This document shows positions 15,223 to 36,619 of a stretch of DNA of 64,000 bases, piece by piece. The first letter of the stretch is position 1, and every line of letters starts with the position of its first letter. The DNA lies in assembly GCF_009914755.1 (NCBI RefSeq), contig NC_060929.1; one strand, 5' to 3'. This DNA comes from the human T2T-CHM13v2.0 reference genome, Homo sapiens. A model generated the notes under the pieces. It ran no database searches. It saw nothing but the letters and a program-made list of their open reading frames with translations, and had not been told where the DNA came from. Position numbers and translations under genes: made by a program.

Positions 15223-15984
15223 TCAGTATTCTGATATTTTGACTAAATGGTGGTATGACTTGCAATTTTGTCAACATATGTAAACATTAAGTATGTCATG
15301 AACTTTAGGTATGTGAAATGTGTATATTACAGTGATGATTTTAAAGTCTTCTCAAAGTTCTAAACTTTAAAAGTAACTGATGTTATTTTACAATCTAAGT
15401 AAAATTTCTAGTTTTTTTGTTTTAACATAGCATTTTCAAATTCGTGAAATGAGTTTTTAGTGCATATAGTGAGCCTTATTAAAACAAAATCAGAAATTTA
15501 ATTTGTTTTAAAAAATATAAGACCAGACAAAACCAGTGTTCCATTCTGTTAGCATAAAATAATTGGAATAGAGAACTGGCTTCCCTACTATACAGGAGAC
15601 ATGTCTTGAGAGTCTATGCTAAACCCACTTTATTCACTAACAGTATCTGTTTTGTCCCTGCAATAATATGAGTTTGAGTCCCAAGTTCTGAGAATACCAT
15701 AGTCTTCCCTTTCTCACTTCATTCTAAGAAAATAGATATGTCATAACATAGTGTATAGTGTCATAATATTGAACTTCAGGGATATAAGCTTTTTTACATA
15801 TTAAAATATGGCTGTAGGGAACATATTACTCAAATTCCATTGCTAGGTTAGAGCTGCGGATATCAAATAAAATTTCTTTCCAATCTGGTTAAGTGAAATA
15901 ATAGTAAAAAAGTAGTAGGATGGATATCTTTTAATAATATGGCAAACAGCTCATCAGAGATTCCCTTTCATAATAAAACATCTT

Positions 15985-16166
15985 CAGCTGCATCCAACCC
16001 TTTGAATGCAAGGAATTTTTGCTTAGCTGTGGTGGTGGATGTCATGAAAATTATGCATGGACTTTTTCGTTGTTGTTGTTAATCACCTGTTGTTAGTGTA
16101 TTTTATGTGTGGCCCAAGACAGTTCTTCTAATGTGGCCAGGGAAGCCAAAAGGTTTGACACCCATG
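15985..16166 (+). mobile_element. MER30B-like hAT-Charlie MITE
   Basis: ttagtgtattttatgtgtggcccaagaca...ggaagccaaaaggtttgacaccc, MER30 end. Confidence 0.85.
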
Positions 16167-16619
16167 ATCTAGATCTCAGCTGGGGGCTGGGGTTGGAGGT
16201 GACAACATATATTATTAATATACTGCTGCATGTGTACAAGATAACTTCTATGGGCCCTTTCCATGACACATCTAAAATGAAATAGTGTAAATTTCAAACC
16301 AGATTAATGAGCATATGACAGGGTTAACCCAAGGGAAGATGCCTAAAGCAGTGCTGTTTTCAGGGAACAAACTCTCTGTCTCATTCAGAGTTAGGGCAGT
16401 TGAATCAGAGACTGTTCCATTAAGCAGGTAACCTCAAGTATACTCAAGGAGTATCAAGATAACAACACCTGTTGACTTCCAGCAGCAGTAAAGATGAAGT
16501 GTAGCTGGAAGAGAGCATTTGTTGTTAGGCCCCCAGGGTTGCCATAAAATAAAACCAAACAAATATGAGATACCAATGTAAGACAACCAACTATGTACAA
16601 AGGAATCATTCCCACAAGT

Positions 16620-20197
<3,578 letters not shown>

Positions 20198-20389
20198 ATA
20201 TTTTTATTGGAAAACTTACCCCCAAAATGTAGTATAAATTAGTTAAATAAAGGAGAGATTTTGCACACACTCTCACCTTTTTTCTTATATGCCCTAGTTA
20301 TCAAGTTGAGAGTTTAGGCCAATTTCACGAACAGGTTAGTTGACATATGTGAAATATAATGGAGAAGAGAAAGAAGTCTAATGGTTCCT

Positions 20390-21035
20390 TGGTAGCTGTT
20401 ACAGACATGGTTATTTTCTACTCAATTGCCATTTTGCCTTTTATTTTTATTCAGGGAGCCCCAGTCTTGTTCATTACAGCAATGTGCCCAACACCAGGGA
20501 TTGAATCCTAATTAGGACAAGCCAGGAAAGGCTATCCAGTTATTGATATTTACTTTTCAGCCTCTCTCCCACTCCAGGGTGCCCATGTGACACAGTTATG
20601 TCCAATGGAGTGCAAATGGCAATTTTTAGGTTCCAGAAAAAGGCACCTAAGTTTGACATTTTGCCTTTTATTCTTACTCTGAGAGGCCCAGTCTTGTTCA
20701 TTGCAGCAATAAACCCAGCACCACGGGTTGAATCCTAATTAGGACAAGCCTGGCAGGACCATCCAGCAATCTCTGCTATAAGGGAAAGTCCTATTCTGTT
20801 TGCCCCTTTCTCAGATTACTAGTGTGAAGACGTGATGCTGGGATTGTGCCATGTATTGTGTGGTTGTTACAAGCTCAAGATGAAAATCCAATGAGAACAA
20901 AGGACAAGGTTGCTGCACAAATCACGTAATTGCCTTTTTCAGACTTCTTCAGTGTGAGAAAATAAGCATCTATATTGCTTTAGCAAGTATTAGTTAGGTA
21001 TTCTGTTATTTGAAGCCTAAACCATCCCTACCTGA
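20390..21035 (+). mobile_element. Old MLT1 (J/K/L-like) LTR with an internal duplication
   Basis: ccatgtgacacagtt..tccaatg and tgtgagaaaataag...tattctgttatttgaagcc, MLT1 motifs. Confidence 0.6.
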
Positions 21036-21184
21036 AGTTATAGGTGGTGACTTTTTAGATACTTTTCATTCCTTTATGTTTATAAATACGCAAACAGAAG
21101 CAGCATCATTGTCTTTTGTTATAAGCACTCACTGTTACAAATTTAGAGATAAGAGGAAACAACTGTTATTTAAGATTATTTTCA

Positions 21185-21597
<413 letters not shown>

Positions 21598-22497
21598 TCA
21601 TTAGCTACCACTGCCTACCTACGAGAATGAGGGAACTACTGTGTTATACAAAGCCTTTCTTTGAACTTCCAACTCCCCTTTGAATAACTGAATAATATTG
21701 ACTGTGCTTTTACTGTGGGAAACAAAATTAATTCCTACAGGCATTGAAGTTTTATTCTGTTTTTCTTTTCTTTTTCCTTTCTATAGTCTCTAACAGATAC
21801 AATACCATTACCTGGTCCATGCATGCTTTTTTGATACATGAGACAATGCTCAGAACTGTCACATTATCATATCTACCTGACAGATTTTCCTGGCAAATAC
21901 AATGTTGACAGAAACAATTGACACCCAACATCTAAAATATAAACCTCTCTTCAGATTATTGACTTTTGACACTGAGAAGAACAGCTTTCAATAGCCCTGA
22001 CAATCACAACCTTGCTTTTTAAAAAGTATGTGCTTAAACGCCAGAGTGTGATCCTCCAGAGATTTGGGAGGTTTACCTGATGTTGATGTTTAGTGTGGAC
22101 AGAGAAGGTTGTGCGTCTCATGGTTCACAATGGACTTTTCCTGCCGTTACCTGGGCAAAATCAATCAAAAACATTCACGAAATATTTTGTCTAACTGATG
22201 ACTCTATTATTAGGTTTTTCTGCATTACTTTACGGTGTTTCAGAGACTCATTAGCATGTCATTGAAAAACATATGGTGAGTCTAACAACACAGTTTGTTA
22301 TTCCCAAGCCATTATGATTCATCTAGAGACAGAGAACAGATTCACAGAGAGAGAGGTATCATATCAGTAGTCTCTGAATCAGAGTCAATACAAGTGTCAA
22401 TGGATGCAAGACTGACACTTTTTCCTTAATTATTGCTTATATGTACTCAAATTACTAAATCATTCAAAACATGCATCATTGGTCTGGGCTGGTCTCA

Positions 22498-22836
<339 letters not shown>

Positions 22837-23027
22837 ACTAGTGTTTTTAATAGCTAATAATGTCTAAAGTAATATATTTCTTATAAATACAAATATGATC
22901 CAGTTCAATATACATTTTTAGTGTCCCATTAAAAAATATTTCCAGGTGTACATATTAATATGTAAATATAAAATTGAAAATGAATTTTTGGTACATCAAA
23001 TCATTTTTCAAAGTTTATATATATATA

Positions 23028-23403
23028 TTTTTAGATGGAGTTTCACTCTCTTGCCCAGGCTGGAGTGCAGTGGCTCAATCTTAGCTCACTGCAACCTCCT
23101 CCTCCCAGGTTCCAGCAGTTCTCCTGCCTCAGCCTCCTGAGTAGCTAGGATTACAGGTTCATGCTACCACAGCTGGCTAATTTTTTGAATTTTTAGTAGG
23201 GACAGGGTTTCACCATATTGACCAGGCTGGTCTCAAACTCCTGACCTTGGGTGATCCACCCGCCTGGACCTCCCAAAGTGCTGGGATTAGAGGCAAGCGC
23301 CACCACGCCCAGCTAATTTTTTGTGTTTTTAGTAAAGACAGGGTTTCACCATGTTGGCCAGTCTGGTCTCAAACTCCTGACCTCAGGTGATCCACCCACC
23401 TCC
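23028..23403 (-). mobile_element. Alu with an extra partial left monomer (trimeric)
   Basis: Right arm, linker, left arm, then a second linker and partial left arm. Confidence 0.93.
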
Positions 23404-23674
23404 TTTTTCAGTTTATGTTCTTTAAGTTCTATGTTCAATTTTGGTTAAGTAGCACGTGAATGAATATTGTGTGTATTTAAGTAAAGAGAATCCATCTATT
23501 AACAGGAAAAAATTTCTTATCTCATTTATTTCTAAAATTTTTCTCCTTGGAGAATATTCCCCAAATGTGAAACATTTAAATTCTGTCATCACAACAAAGC
23601 TGATCTTCCCAAATTCGTTATACACGCACACAATATTGAGCAATAAATTTTGCACATCTAGCTAAAGAGCCCAA

Positions 23675-23815
23675 AACGGGCTTTGGAATTCAAATTATCA
23701 TTCTGTGTTCAGTAGCTGGATCGTCCAATATGTACATGGCATTCAGAAAAGTTATTTGACATTTCTGAGCTTCAGTTTCTTCATAAGCAATAATGAAATA
23801 TTGATATCACCTCTA
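23675..23815 (+). mobile_element. MIR fragment
   Basis: aagttatttgacatttctgagcttcagtttcttcat. Confidence 0.65.
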
Positions 23816-25228
23816 TGCACATTTAACCATTGGACTCCATCAGGTTTAAGTGACAGATTCAGGTGCAACTTTATTTAGAATTCATGTTGTATCCCAAGAT
23901 CCATCCTCATCTCTGCTTCCTCTGGGTAAGCTCCATTTTCCTTCCTGGCTGCAAGAAAGTTTCCAGCTGTTTCTGGGATAACATTATTTCAGGCTGACAT
24001 TTATTGGGAAAAGATTGGGAAAAGAGGAAGAGTCTTGGTTCAGCATCCTATCCAAAGTTATGTTCCCTTGGCTATGATTTAGTCACAATCTCTTTTGCCA
24101 CACAATTTATATAGCTGAATGATTAAGCTGATGTAAAGTCAACTCCAGAAGAACGACTTGGAGAAAGGGGGCAGTCCTTTGAAGGAATATTGAGGGGTCA
24201 TTAGAAGGAAAGGTATTAACAGATGCCAGAGAGAAAAACTAATCAATGTTCACTGTAATTATTTAGACTGGTTCTTATGAGACTATGTTACCTATATAAA
24301 GGTTAACTTTATGACTGTATGCAATCCAAAAATAGTACAGTTAATTGTTAATATTTTACACTATTCATGGCTTTTCAAATCACTTTATATCTTTTATCTT
24401 ATTCACTGCTCTCAACCCAAAGGTCTTTTTGAGTTGTGTTTGAAGGTTGGTTGTTTTTAAACGTTTCCTCCTCAGGAAAGCTGTATTGCCAGCCCAATGA
24501 AGCTAATCGGCTTGGCAGTAGAGCCTAGACTTACACTTTGTCTTGCAACCCTGTTACACCACAGGTGCCCAGTCAGGCCTCCTATGGATGTGATCACTTT
24601 TCCTTTCTCTCAGCAATTTATAAAGGATTTGCTACTAGTTGCACATGTGTGAAATCAAAAATGGATCAAAGAAACAAAGTATACATTTTATTTCCTTCAA
24701 GATCAATGCTGTTCATCTTCTCAATTTAGCAATTGTTTCCTCTTATATAATCTGTGAGTTACATTTAACTTGTGCTTACTGCTCTTCCTGGAGAGAAGCC
24801 AGTTGTGAGGCCAAGAAAAGGCCTGTTTGCTAAGCCCTATTTGATGGTGTTTGGCAGAACTGAAGTCCAGGACAGTTACACATGAGAAGATATGAAATGA
24901 AATTGTAGAAGCAGTGAATGAGCATGAATAAGCATGAGTAACAGTAAAGTTAAAGATGAAAAGTCTCAAGTATTTACAAAAGTATTTTTAATCAGTATCC
25001 AGGAGGAATCCCATGGAATATGAATCCCATGAAATACCCTTAGTCAAGGTACCTGACTAAAGAAATATCTACCTAGGCTTGCCCTCACAAACTCAGAGAT
25101 GACTTACAGCAGATAAAAAGTCACTTTACACTTCTGCCACCTAACTCAGAGACTTAATAGCGGTCTACATCAGAACACAGACTAACCATCTGTGCTGTCT
25201 TCTTATACATAGCATTGATGTGGCTTAA

Positions 25229-25558
<330 letters not shown>

Positions 25559-25567
25559 TGTGCTTCC

Positions 25568-25793
25568 TGGCATGATCTCAGCTCACCGCAACCTCCGCCT
25601 CACAGGTTCAGGCGATTCTTCTGCTTCAGCCTCCTGAGTAGCTGGGATTACAGGCATGCGCCACCACAGCCAGCTACTTTTGTATTATTAATAGAGATGG
25701 GGTTTCTCCATGTTGGTCAGGCTGGTCTTGAACTCCTGACCTCAGGTGATCCACCCACTTCCACCTCCCGAAGTGCTGGGATTACAGGCGTGA
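25568..25793 (-). mobile_element. AluSp-like, lacking its tail and 3' end
   Basis: tttctccatgttggtcagg and ctcaccgcaacc diagnostics. Confidence 0.9.
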
Positions 25794-26954
25794 TATGCTT
25801 CCCTATTAAAATACAATAACCAGGACAGAAAGCATCCCCAGGGGCATGTGGGAGGATGAGTAAGTACTGATTATGGCAGGTTGCTTCTGGGGTGCTTTAG
25901 GTCCAAAAATTAAAGCATTCAAGGAGAGTAAGAGGAAGATTCTAATTAACAGTGTATGTTCCTGGCATTCTGCTGATTGGAGGACCAGCGAGTGATGATA
26001 GGGGAAATCCCAGTTACAGTACAGTAAACCTATAGAAGACACTGGAAGCTAGCAGATGAAATTGCTCTCCAAATGCGGATCTAAAAACATGTATGAAAAA
26101 TTACCTAAGTGGAAATGTTAGCAAAAGTAGGGGCAACTTTATATACAACCTACTAAAGAATGGGGAAGTCAGGGAATCTCATCTTATTGGCCTCTTCTTC
26201 AACAACCAGAGCTGCATGGGCTCTCTCATTGAACTACTTTTATCCTGATGTAGTCTCAACCTGTCTGATCCCATCTATGGCTATGGCTATAGGGATATTT
26301 TCCATCTGCCTGCTATAGATGTTTGTTATTGCTGGTGACTCCCAACTTTGCATTTCTTGCACCAGCCTCTGCTATGAATTCCAGACTCATATCTGGCTGA
26401 TTCCTTATCATTTCTACTTGAAGATACAATAAGCATTTCTACTCTTACACATACAAGGGCAAGTATTCCCTTTTTCTCTTTGGTAATTCCATTTGCCCTA
26501 AAATATGTTTTGTCTGATATTAAGAAAATGATACTTGGTTAGTATTTATTGTACATATATTTTCTAACATTTTTCTTTTTATTACAACACACATGCAGAA
26601 AAGTGTCAATAAACATATATCTCAGTGAATTATTACACAGTAAATACTTGTATATCCACCATGCAAGTCAAAAGATGGGATGTTGCCTGTACTCAAGAAG
26701 CTATCCTTGATACTCATCTTAACCACTACTCTCTTCATCTTGTCTAAAGTTAGACACTGCCTTGACTTCTAACACTCCAGTTTAGTTTTCTTTCTCTTGA
26801 ATTTGATATAAATGGAATCATGCACATGTTGTTTTTTAATCTGTCATCTTTGCTTAGCGTTGTTCGGGTAATTCATCCATGTTATTACATATAGTTATAT
26901 TTCAGTTATTTTCCTTGCGCATACTTTGAAATACAAAGGAATATTGTGTGAATA

Positions 26955-27245
26955 CACAGTCCCTCCTTATCCACAGGGTATATATGCCAAGACCCTCAGT
27001 GGGTGCCAGAAACCTCAGATAGTACCAAACACTATATATGTGATGTTCGTTCCTATACATAATACATATGATAAAGTTTAATTTATGAATTAGGCACAGT
27101 AAGAGATTAACAACAATAAATGGTATTGAAATAGAACAAGTATAACAATACACTGTAAAAAAAAAGTCGAAAGTGTTTTCTTGCTCTTTCTTTCAAAATA
27201 CCTTGTACTGTAGAAAGCAAAATGCCAGTTAAAAGGGGACTACTT
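26955..27245 (-). mobile_element. MER44 (Tigger7-family MITE) nested in L1M
   Basis: agtccctccttatccac...ttaggcacagtaagagattaacaacaataa...aaggggactact; TA flanks. Confidence 0.85.
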
Positions 27246-28304
27246 TACCATTTATCCATTTTAGTATAGAGGGACATCTGAGTTTTCTCCAGCTTTTGTT
27301 TATTGCAAATATAGCTGAACATCTTTATACACTTACCTGTGAATATTCTTGTACATGTCTGTTGAGCACATGTGAATGTATTTCAGTCGGGCATGTACTG
27401 GGTCATAGGATACATATTTGTTAAACTTTAGAAGATAATGCAAAACTTTCAAAACTGACTCTATCAATATACATTGCTACCAAGAATACATAAGTTCCAG
27501 TTGTCTCACATCCTCTCCAACACTAGGACTTGTCAGTGGGTGTGGAGTGAAATTTTATTGTGATTTTAGATTGCAGTTTCCTGGTTGCAAATGAGGTTAA
27601 GCACATTTGAATATGTTTATTACATATTTGAATATCCTTTTTCATGAAGTGACTCCAGTCACTTGCTCTTTTATCTTTTGGATTTATGTCATTTTTGTAG
27701 TAACATACAGGCATGTTTTTTATATTATAGATATCTTCTCCCAATCTGTAGCTTGTTTTTTACTTTCTTGATGGTATCTTTTGATAAATCAGTTTTCAAT
27801 TTCATGTACATTAATTTGTCAATTTTTGTTTGTAGTTAGTGCTTACCATTTAGCCACTATTTCCCTACTCTTTAAGATGATAAAATTTGGAAGCATATTG
27901 TCATGCCTTTCAAATTTAGGCTTATAATCTACTTGGAATTTACTATCGTGTATGGAGTGACACAGAGTCAAATTTTACTTTGTAGTTCCATATGAAGATA
28001 TAATTGAACCAACACCTTTTACTAAAATAACTTCATTTTCTTCACTTCTCTGTAAGGCCATCATTTCCATAAATCAACTGTTCACATAGATGTAACTCTC
28101 TCTGAACTTTCTGATAATGTTCCGTTTGTCTATATAATAATTAAGCAAATACCACACTGACTTAATTATATTATAGTAGCTTTATAATTAGTCTTGATAA
28201 CCAGAAGAGCTATTCCTCCCTCCCTCTTGGGTCCCTCAAGGCTGTCTTGGCTATTATTAGCTCTTTGTGTTTCCATATACATTTTAGAATTACCTTGAAA
28301 GGCT

Positions 28305-28380
<76 letters not shown>

Positions 28381-28381
28381 A
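28305..28381. repeat. Compound (TC)n(AC)n microsatellite
   Basis: Direct reading. Confidence 0.98.
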
Positions 28382-28815
28382 TAGCCCTCTGTTGGGATTC
28401 TGATTAGGATTTTACTGTATTGATAGCTAAAACTAGTATAATTGAGATATTTTCAATACTGAATCTTTGTAACATTCATGCAAAAGGTATTTCACTTCAT
28501 TCTGTTTTTGTTTAATCTCATTCCAAATATCATAGCATCTTCGGTACTGTACACATCATTTGTTAGACATTATTTATGTAGTTGATATGCCTGATGACAT
28601 TTTAAATTTTTAGAATTTCGTTTTCTAATATATATTTCTGGTGTTGAGAAATATAGTTGATATGTTCTTTGTGTGTACCTCACTTTGTAATCAGTAATCT
28701 TAACCTCAATTCATTAATTGTAATAGTTTACCTACTTCAAAAAAATTGTATATAGGCAAATACTATAATATAAGACATCTTATCTGGGTAATAGTTCATA
28801 TTCACATACTTGGCA

Positions 28816-28817
<2 letters not shown>

Positions 28818-28849
<32 letters not shown>
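28818..28849. repeat. (GT)16 microsatellite
   Basis: Direct reading. Confidence 0.98.
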
Positions 28850-28853
<4 letters not shown>

Positions 28854-28953
28854 ATGGGATAAGATAACTATTTTTTAAATACACTGAAATGCACTGGGCC
28901 TTTTTCAGTTTTAGCATAAGGATCCGGGATGCTTATTGACCTTATCCAAATGA

Positions 28954-29288
<335 letters not shown>

Positions 29289-30034
29289 TCTTTTTAAAAA
29301 ATTATACTTAAGTTCTGGGATACATGTGCAGAACGTGCAGGTTTGTTACATAGGAATACATGTGCCATGGTGGTTGGCTGCACCCATCAACCCGTCATCT
29401 ATATTAAGTATTTCTTCTAATGTTATCCCTTCCCAAACCCCCAACCCCTGACAGGCCCCACTGTGTGATATTCCCCTCCAGTGCCCATATGTTCTGACTG
29501 TTCAACTCCCACTTATGAGTGACAACATGTGGTGTTTGGTTTTCTGTTCCTGTGTCAGTTTGCTGAGGATGATGGTTTCCAGGTTCATCCATGTCCCTGC
29601 AAAGGACATGGACTCATTCTTTTTATGGCGCATAGTATTCCACAGTGTATATGTGCCACATTTTATTTATCCAGTCTATCATTGATGGGTATTTAGGTTT
29701 GTTCCAAGTCTTTGCTATTGTAAATAGTGCTGCAGTAAACATATGTGTGCATGTGTCTTTATAGTAGAATGATTTATAATCTTTTGGGTATATACCCAGT
29801 AATGGGATTGCTGGTTCTAGATCCTTGAGGAATTGACGCACTATCTTCCATAATGGTTGAACTAATGCACGCTCCCACCAACAGTGTAAAAGTGTTCCTA
29901 TTTCTCTGCATCCTCACCAGCATCTGCTGTTTCCTGACATTTTAATGATCGCCATTCTAACTGGCATGATATAGTATCACATTGTGGTTTTGATTTGCAT
30001 TTCTCTAATGACCAGTGATGAAAAGCTTTTTTTC

Positions 30035-33287
<3,253 letters not shown>

Positions 33288-33296
33288 CTTTTTTTC

Positions 33297-36200
33297 ATAT
33301 GTTTGTTGGTCACATAAATGTCTTCTTTTGAAAAGTGTTCATATCCTTTACCCACTTTTAGATGGGGTTGTTTTTTTCTTGTAAATTTTTTTAAGTTCCT
33401 TGTAGATTCTGGATGTTAGACCTTTGTCAGATGGAGAGATTGCAAAAATTCTCTCCCATTATATAGGTTGCCTGTTCACTCTGATGATAGTCTCTTTTGC
33501 TGAGCAGAAGCTCTTTAGTTTAATTAGATCCTATTTGTCAATTTTTGCTTTTTTGCAATTGCTCTTGGTGTTTTAGTCATGAAGTCTTTGCCCATGTCTG
33601 TGTCCTGAATGGTATTGCCTAGGTTTTCTTCTGGGGTTTTTATGGTTTTAGATTTTATGTTTAAGTCTTTAACCCAACATGAGTTAATTTTTGTGTAAGG
33701 TGGAAGGAAGGGGTCCAGTTACTCTTTTCTGTATATGGCTAGCCAGCTTTCCCAGCACCATTTATTGAATAGGGAATCCTTTCCCCATTGCTTGTTTTTG
33801 TCAGATTTGTCGAAGATCGGATGGTTGTAGATGTGTGGTGTTATTTCTGAGGCCTCTGTTCTATTCCCTTCGTCTATATATCTGTTTTGGTACTAGTACC
33901 GTGCTGTTTTGGTTACTGTAGCCTTGTAGTATAGTTTGAAGTCAGGTAGCATGATGCCTCCAGCTTTGTTCTTTTTGCTAGGATTGTCTTGGCTATACAG
34001 GCTCTTTTTTGATTCCATATGAAATTTAAAGTAGTTTTTTCTAGTTCTGTGAAGAAAGTCAGTGGTAGCTTGATGGGGATAGCATATAATCTATAAATTA
34101 CTTTGGGCAGTATGGCCATTTTCATGATATTGAGTCTTTTATCCATGAGCATGGAATTCGTTTTCATTTGTTTGTGTCCTCTTTTATTTCCTTGAGCAGT
34201 GGTTTGTAGTTTTCCTTGAAGAAGTTTTTCACATTCCTTGTAAATTGAATTCCTAGGTATTTTATTTTCTTTGTAGTAATTGTGAATGGGAGTTCACTCA
34301 TGATTTGGCTCTCCGCTTGTCTATTATTGGTGTATAGGAATGCTTGTGATTTTTTCCTATTGATTTTGTATCCTGAGACTTTGCTGAAGTTGCCTATCAG
34401 CTTAAGGAGATTTTGGGCTGAGAAAATGGGGTTTTCTAAATATACAATCATGTCGTCTGCAAACAGACACAGTTTGACTTCCTCTCTTCCTATTTGAATA
34501 CCCTTTATTTCTTTCTCTTGCCTGGTTGCTCTGGCCAGAACTTCCAATACTATGTTGAATAGAAGTTGTGAGAGAGGGCATCCTTGTCTTGTGCCAGTTT
34601 TCAAAGGGAATGCTTCCAGCTGTTGCCCATTCAGTATGATATTGGCTATGGGTTTATCATAAATAGCTCTTATTATTTAGAGATATGTTCCATCAATACC
34701 TAGTTTATTGAAAGTTTTTAGCATGAAGGGATGTTGAATTTTATCAAAGGCCTTTTCTGCATCTATTGTGATAATCATGTGGTCTTTGTCTTTATAGTAG
34801 AATTTGTTTATATTGGTTCTATTTATGCGATGAATTATGTTTGTTGATTTGTGTATGTTGAACCAGCCTTGCATCCCAGGGATGAAGCTGACTTGATTGT
34901 GGTGGATAAGCTTTTTGATGTGTGCTGCTGGATTCGGTTTGCCAGTATTTTATTGAGGATTTTCACACTGATGTTCATCAGGGATATTAGCCTAAAATTT
35001 TCCTTGTTATGTCTCTGCCAGGTTTTGGTATCAGGATGATGCCATTTAGGGAGGATTCCCTCTTTTTCTATTGTTTGGAATAATTTCAGAAGGAATGGTA
35101 CCAGCTCCTCTTTGTACCTCTGGTAGAATTCGGCTATGAATCTGTCTGGTCCTGAGCTTTTTGTGGTTGGTAGGCTGTTAATTACTGCCTCAATTTCAGA
35201 ACTCATTGTTGGTCTATTCAGGGATTCGACCTCTTCCTGGTTTAGTTTTGGGAAGGGTGTATGTGTCCAGGAATTTATCCATTTCTTCTAGATTTTCTAA
35301 TTTATTTGCGTAGAGGTGTTTACAGTATTCTCTGATGATAGTTTGTATTTCTGTGGGATCAGTGGTGATATCCCCTTTATAATTTTTTATTTTTTCTATT
35401 TGAATGTTCCCTCTTTTCTTCTTTATTGCTCTGGCTAGTGGTCTATTTTGTTAATCTGTTCAAAAAACCAGCTCCTAGATTCATTGATTTTTGAAGGGTT
35501 TTTCATGTCTCTATCTCCTTCAGTTCTGTTCTGATCTTAGTTATTTCTTATCTTCTGCTAGCTTTTGAATTTGTTTGCTCTTGCTTTTCTAGTTCTTTTA
35601 ATTGTGATGTTAGAGTGTCGGTTTTAGATCTTTCCCACTTTCTGATGTGAACATTTAGTGCTATAAATTTCTCTCTAAACATTGCTTTAGCGTGTCCCAG
35701 AGATTCTGGTATGTTGTGTCTTTGTTCTCATTGGTTTCAAAGAACTTCATTATTTCTGCCATAATTTTGTTATTTGCGCAGTAGTCATTCAGGAGCAGGT
35801 TCTTCAGTTTCCACGTAGTTGTGCGGTTTTGAGTGAGTTTCTTTATCTTCAGTTCTAATTTGCACTGTGGTCTGAGAGGCTATTAAGATTTCTGTTCTTT
35901 TGCATTTGCTGATGAGTGTTTTACTTCCAATTATGTGGTCAGTTTTAGAATAAGTGCTGTGTGGTGCTGAGAAGAATGCATATTCTGTTGATTTAGGATG
36001 GGGAGTCCTGTATATGTCTGTTAGGTCCACTTGGTCCAGAGCTGAGTTCAAGTCCTGAATATCCTTGTTAATTTTCAGTCTCGTTGATCTGTCTAATATT
36101 AATAGTGGGGTGTTAAATTATCCCACTATTATTGTGTGGGAGTCTAAATCTCTGTGTAGGTATCTAAGAACTTGTTTTATGAACCTGGGTGCTCCTGTAT

Positions 36201-36555
36201 TGAGTGCATATATATTTAGGATAGTTAGCTCTTCTTGTTACATTGATTCCTTTACCATTATGTAATGCCCTTCTTTGTCCTTTTTGATCTTTGTTGGTTT
36301 AAAGTCTGTTTTATCAGAGACTAGGATTGCAACCTCTGCTTTTCTTTGCTTTCCATTTGCTTGGTAAAGACTCCTCCATTCCTTTATTTTGAGCCTATGT
36401 GTGTCTTTGCATGTGAGATGGGTCTTCTGAATACAGCAAACTGTTGGATCTTGACTCTTTATCCAATTTATCAGTCTTTGTCTTTTAATTGGGGCATTTG
36501 GTCCATTTACATTTAAGGATAATGTTGTTATGTGTGAATTTGATCCCATGATCAT
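33297..36555 (-). pseudogene. Disrupted L1 ORF2p (EN and RT) of the host element
   Basis: MGSNSHITTLSLNVNG endonuclease start; LFADDMIVY; multiple stops and frameshifts. Confidence 0.93.
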
Positions 36556-36619
36556 GATGCTAGCTGGTTATTTTGCACATTAGTTGATGCAGTTTCTTCA
36601 TAGTGTCATTGGTCTTTAC

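Larger units (their letters stand above)
26570..28760 (-). mobile_element. Old L1M (MC/ME-like) 3' region
   Basis: T-rich strand with antisense L1 3' UTR and ORF2 motifs; ORF 27523-27744 shows decayed ORF2 C-terminus (HFMKKDIQICNKHI). Confidence 0.8.

Noticed and set aside
28356-28849. Complementary (CA)n and (TG)n tracts about 440 bp apart as a functional stem
   Set aside because: Such microsatellites are common; nothing else supports pairing.
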